DNA from: Camelus ferus
Lineage: Eukaryota
NCBI RefSeq assembly: GCF_009834535.1
Contig: NC_045696.1
Span: 55,740,001-55,804,000 of the forward strand
DNA length: 64,000 nt
Reading direction: 5' to 3'
Made by a program: the position numbers and the translations under genes. Shown one piece after another: positions 62,476-64,000 of this stretch; the first letter of the stretch is position 1; each line of letters opens with the position of its first letter. The notes beneath the pieces were generated by a model, which was not told the DNA's origin, searched no databases, and saw only the letters and a list, made by a program, of their open reading frames with translations.

Positions 62476-64000
62476 AGGCTGGGCTACCACTCCTCAGACC
62501 ATTTCCTTTTCCCGCTAAGTTTTCTTAAATAATTCTAAAAATTATTTATCCCCTCTTAGTTGATAGACTCTTCCTTGCTCACCCTACTCCTCCAAAATAA
62601 TATAAGCAAATTCACGGGATTCTATGGCTAATGTCTGGGGGTCTATTAATTCAAACCTAATATATAAATCTGACGAATTTCTGAGTCAGGCAACGCATAA
62701 CAGAAGAAAACTTGTAAGAGACAAACCACTAGTTGAGATAGAAGTCCCTTCTAAAACACCCCAGTCAAGCTGCCGCCTGCTGTGCTTGAATAACTTCAGT
62801 GGTGGGAAGTAACTGGGTCTTTGGCAGGCCATTCACCTTTAACAGCTCACTGATGTGAGAAGCCCTTTTCAGATTCATGGGCTAAAATCTTATTTGCTAT
62901 TTCACATATGTAACTCTTAGCTCCACAATTAAATTTTAAGCTCTGTGTGAGCAAGGATCATATGTGGCAAATAAGTGAGCCGGTCCGCATGACAACCTTC
63001 TTTAAGTGCACTTTCCTCTACTGTAGTGACTGGAAAGCTCAAAACTACATTTCCAAACTTTCTTGTAACTAAAGTTGATAGATTAGATTTAATTTCTGCC
63101 AACCACAGGCATCACATAAGCTGAGTGAAGTGGGGAGAGGGGCAGGGTAAAAGGCACCCATTTTGGGTGGTATAAGTCAGAGCAAAGGAAGCATAATTCT
63201 GGAGTCAGCAGCCATAGCAACAGCTTTCTGATTCTGAGAGGAGCACTGGTTCGCTTCGTTTCAGGCAATATTAGTAAGGGATTTTTATAAGAATTCTCAT
63301 CAGAAATGGTTGACTGTGAGCATAACTCTTTGATTAATCTGAAAATTCAACAAATGAGAAGTTTTCATGGGATACCAAAGTGGAAACCCAACAAGTATTT
63401 ATGGAGTAAATATGTAATAAATACAGGATATAAACCATAACAGATATGGCTGGATTTGAGTGTTCACTCTGTCACATGCGGTTTTAAGCCATTTTCATAA
63501 TTTCTAGGTCTCCTATTTCTAACTTATAAAATGGGAGTCATACAGTAGTACCTACCTTCTTTTAGGAAGAGTAAATACATCAACACTTACAAAGAATATG
63601 GTAAATATTTTAAAAAGTATTTGCCAGTGTCACTGTTAGAATAATGAGTTATTTACTTATAGAAATACATAGCTGGAAAAAGCCTTAAAAATCATCTATT
63701 TGAGCCTTCTCATTTTATAACACCATGCATGGCCAAAGAAGGATGGATGAAGTTGAGTTCCTATGCTCAATAAACCCATAATCCAAGTAGGAAAAAAGAC
63801 TATTAAAAAAAAAAAAAGAAAAAGCATATAGCTTGACACTAAATCATTATAATTCTTAAATAAAGAAACAAAATTTCTCTTCACCTGATTTTAGGCAAAT
63901 AGGTGGTCAACATGGAAAAAAAATTCTTAATAGTTAACACAAATATTTAAAATAAAAATGTTTACTCCCTTCTCATACTATGTTGAAGATTTTGTACACA

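Overview
Mammalian genomic DNA, most likely camelid (two tRNA-derived SINEs resemble the camelid Vic-1 family). The window holds two convergent protein-coding genes. ARHGAP31/CdGAP is on the + strand with 9 coding exons (5153-32422, apparently exons 4-12; the 5' end lies outside the window). TMEM39A is on the - strand with 6 coding exons (60788-42749, apparently exons 4-9; the 5' end lies outside the window). Introns contain L1, L2, MIR, MER20, MER5, Tigger, MLT and microsatellite repeats. I found no evidence of a wholly new biological system. The most notable observations are: (1) an apparent +1 frameshift in an ARHGAP31 RhoGAP exon, possibly an assembly error; (2) a non-canonical GC donor in TMEM39A with a strong in-frame GT donor 39 nt further on; (3) a polyadenylated, TSD-flanked LTR-like retrocopy about 20 nt from a TMEM39A donor; (4) a GC-box/CCAAT/TATA promoter-like region in ARHGAP31 intron 7; (5) an intact L1 5' end at the window edge. 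Gene identity, exon numbering and repeat family names rest on recalled orthologue and consensus sequences, not on searches.
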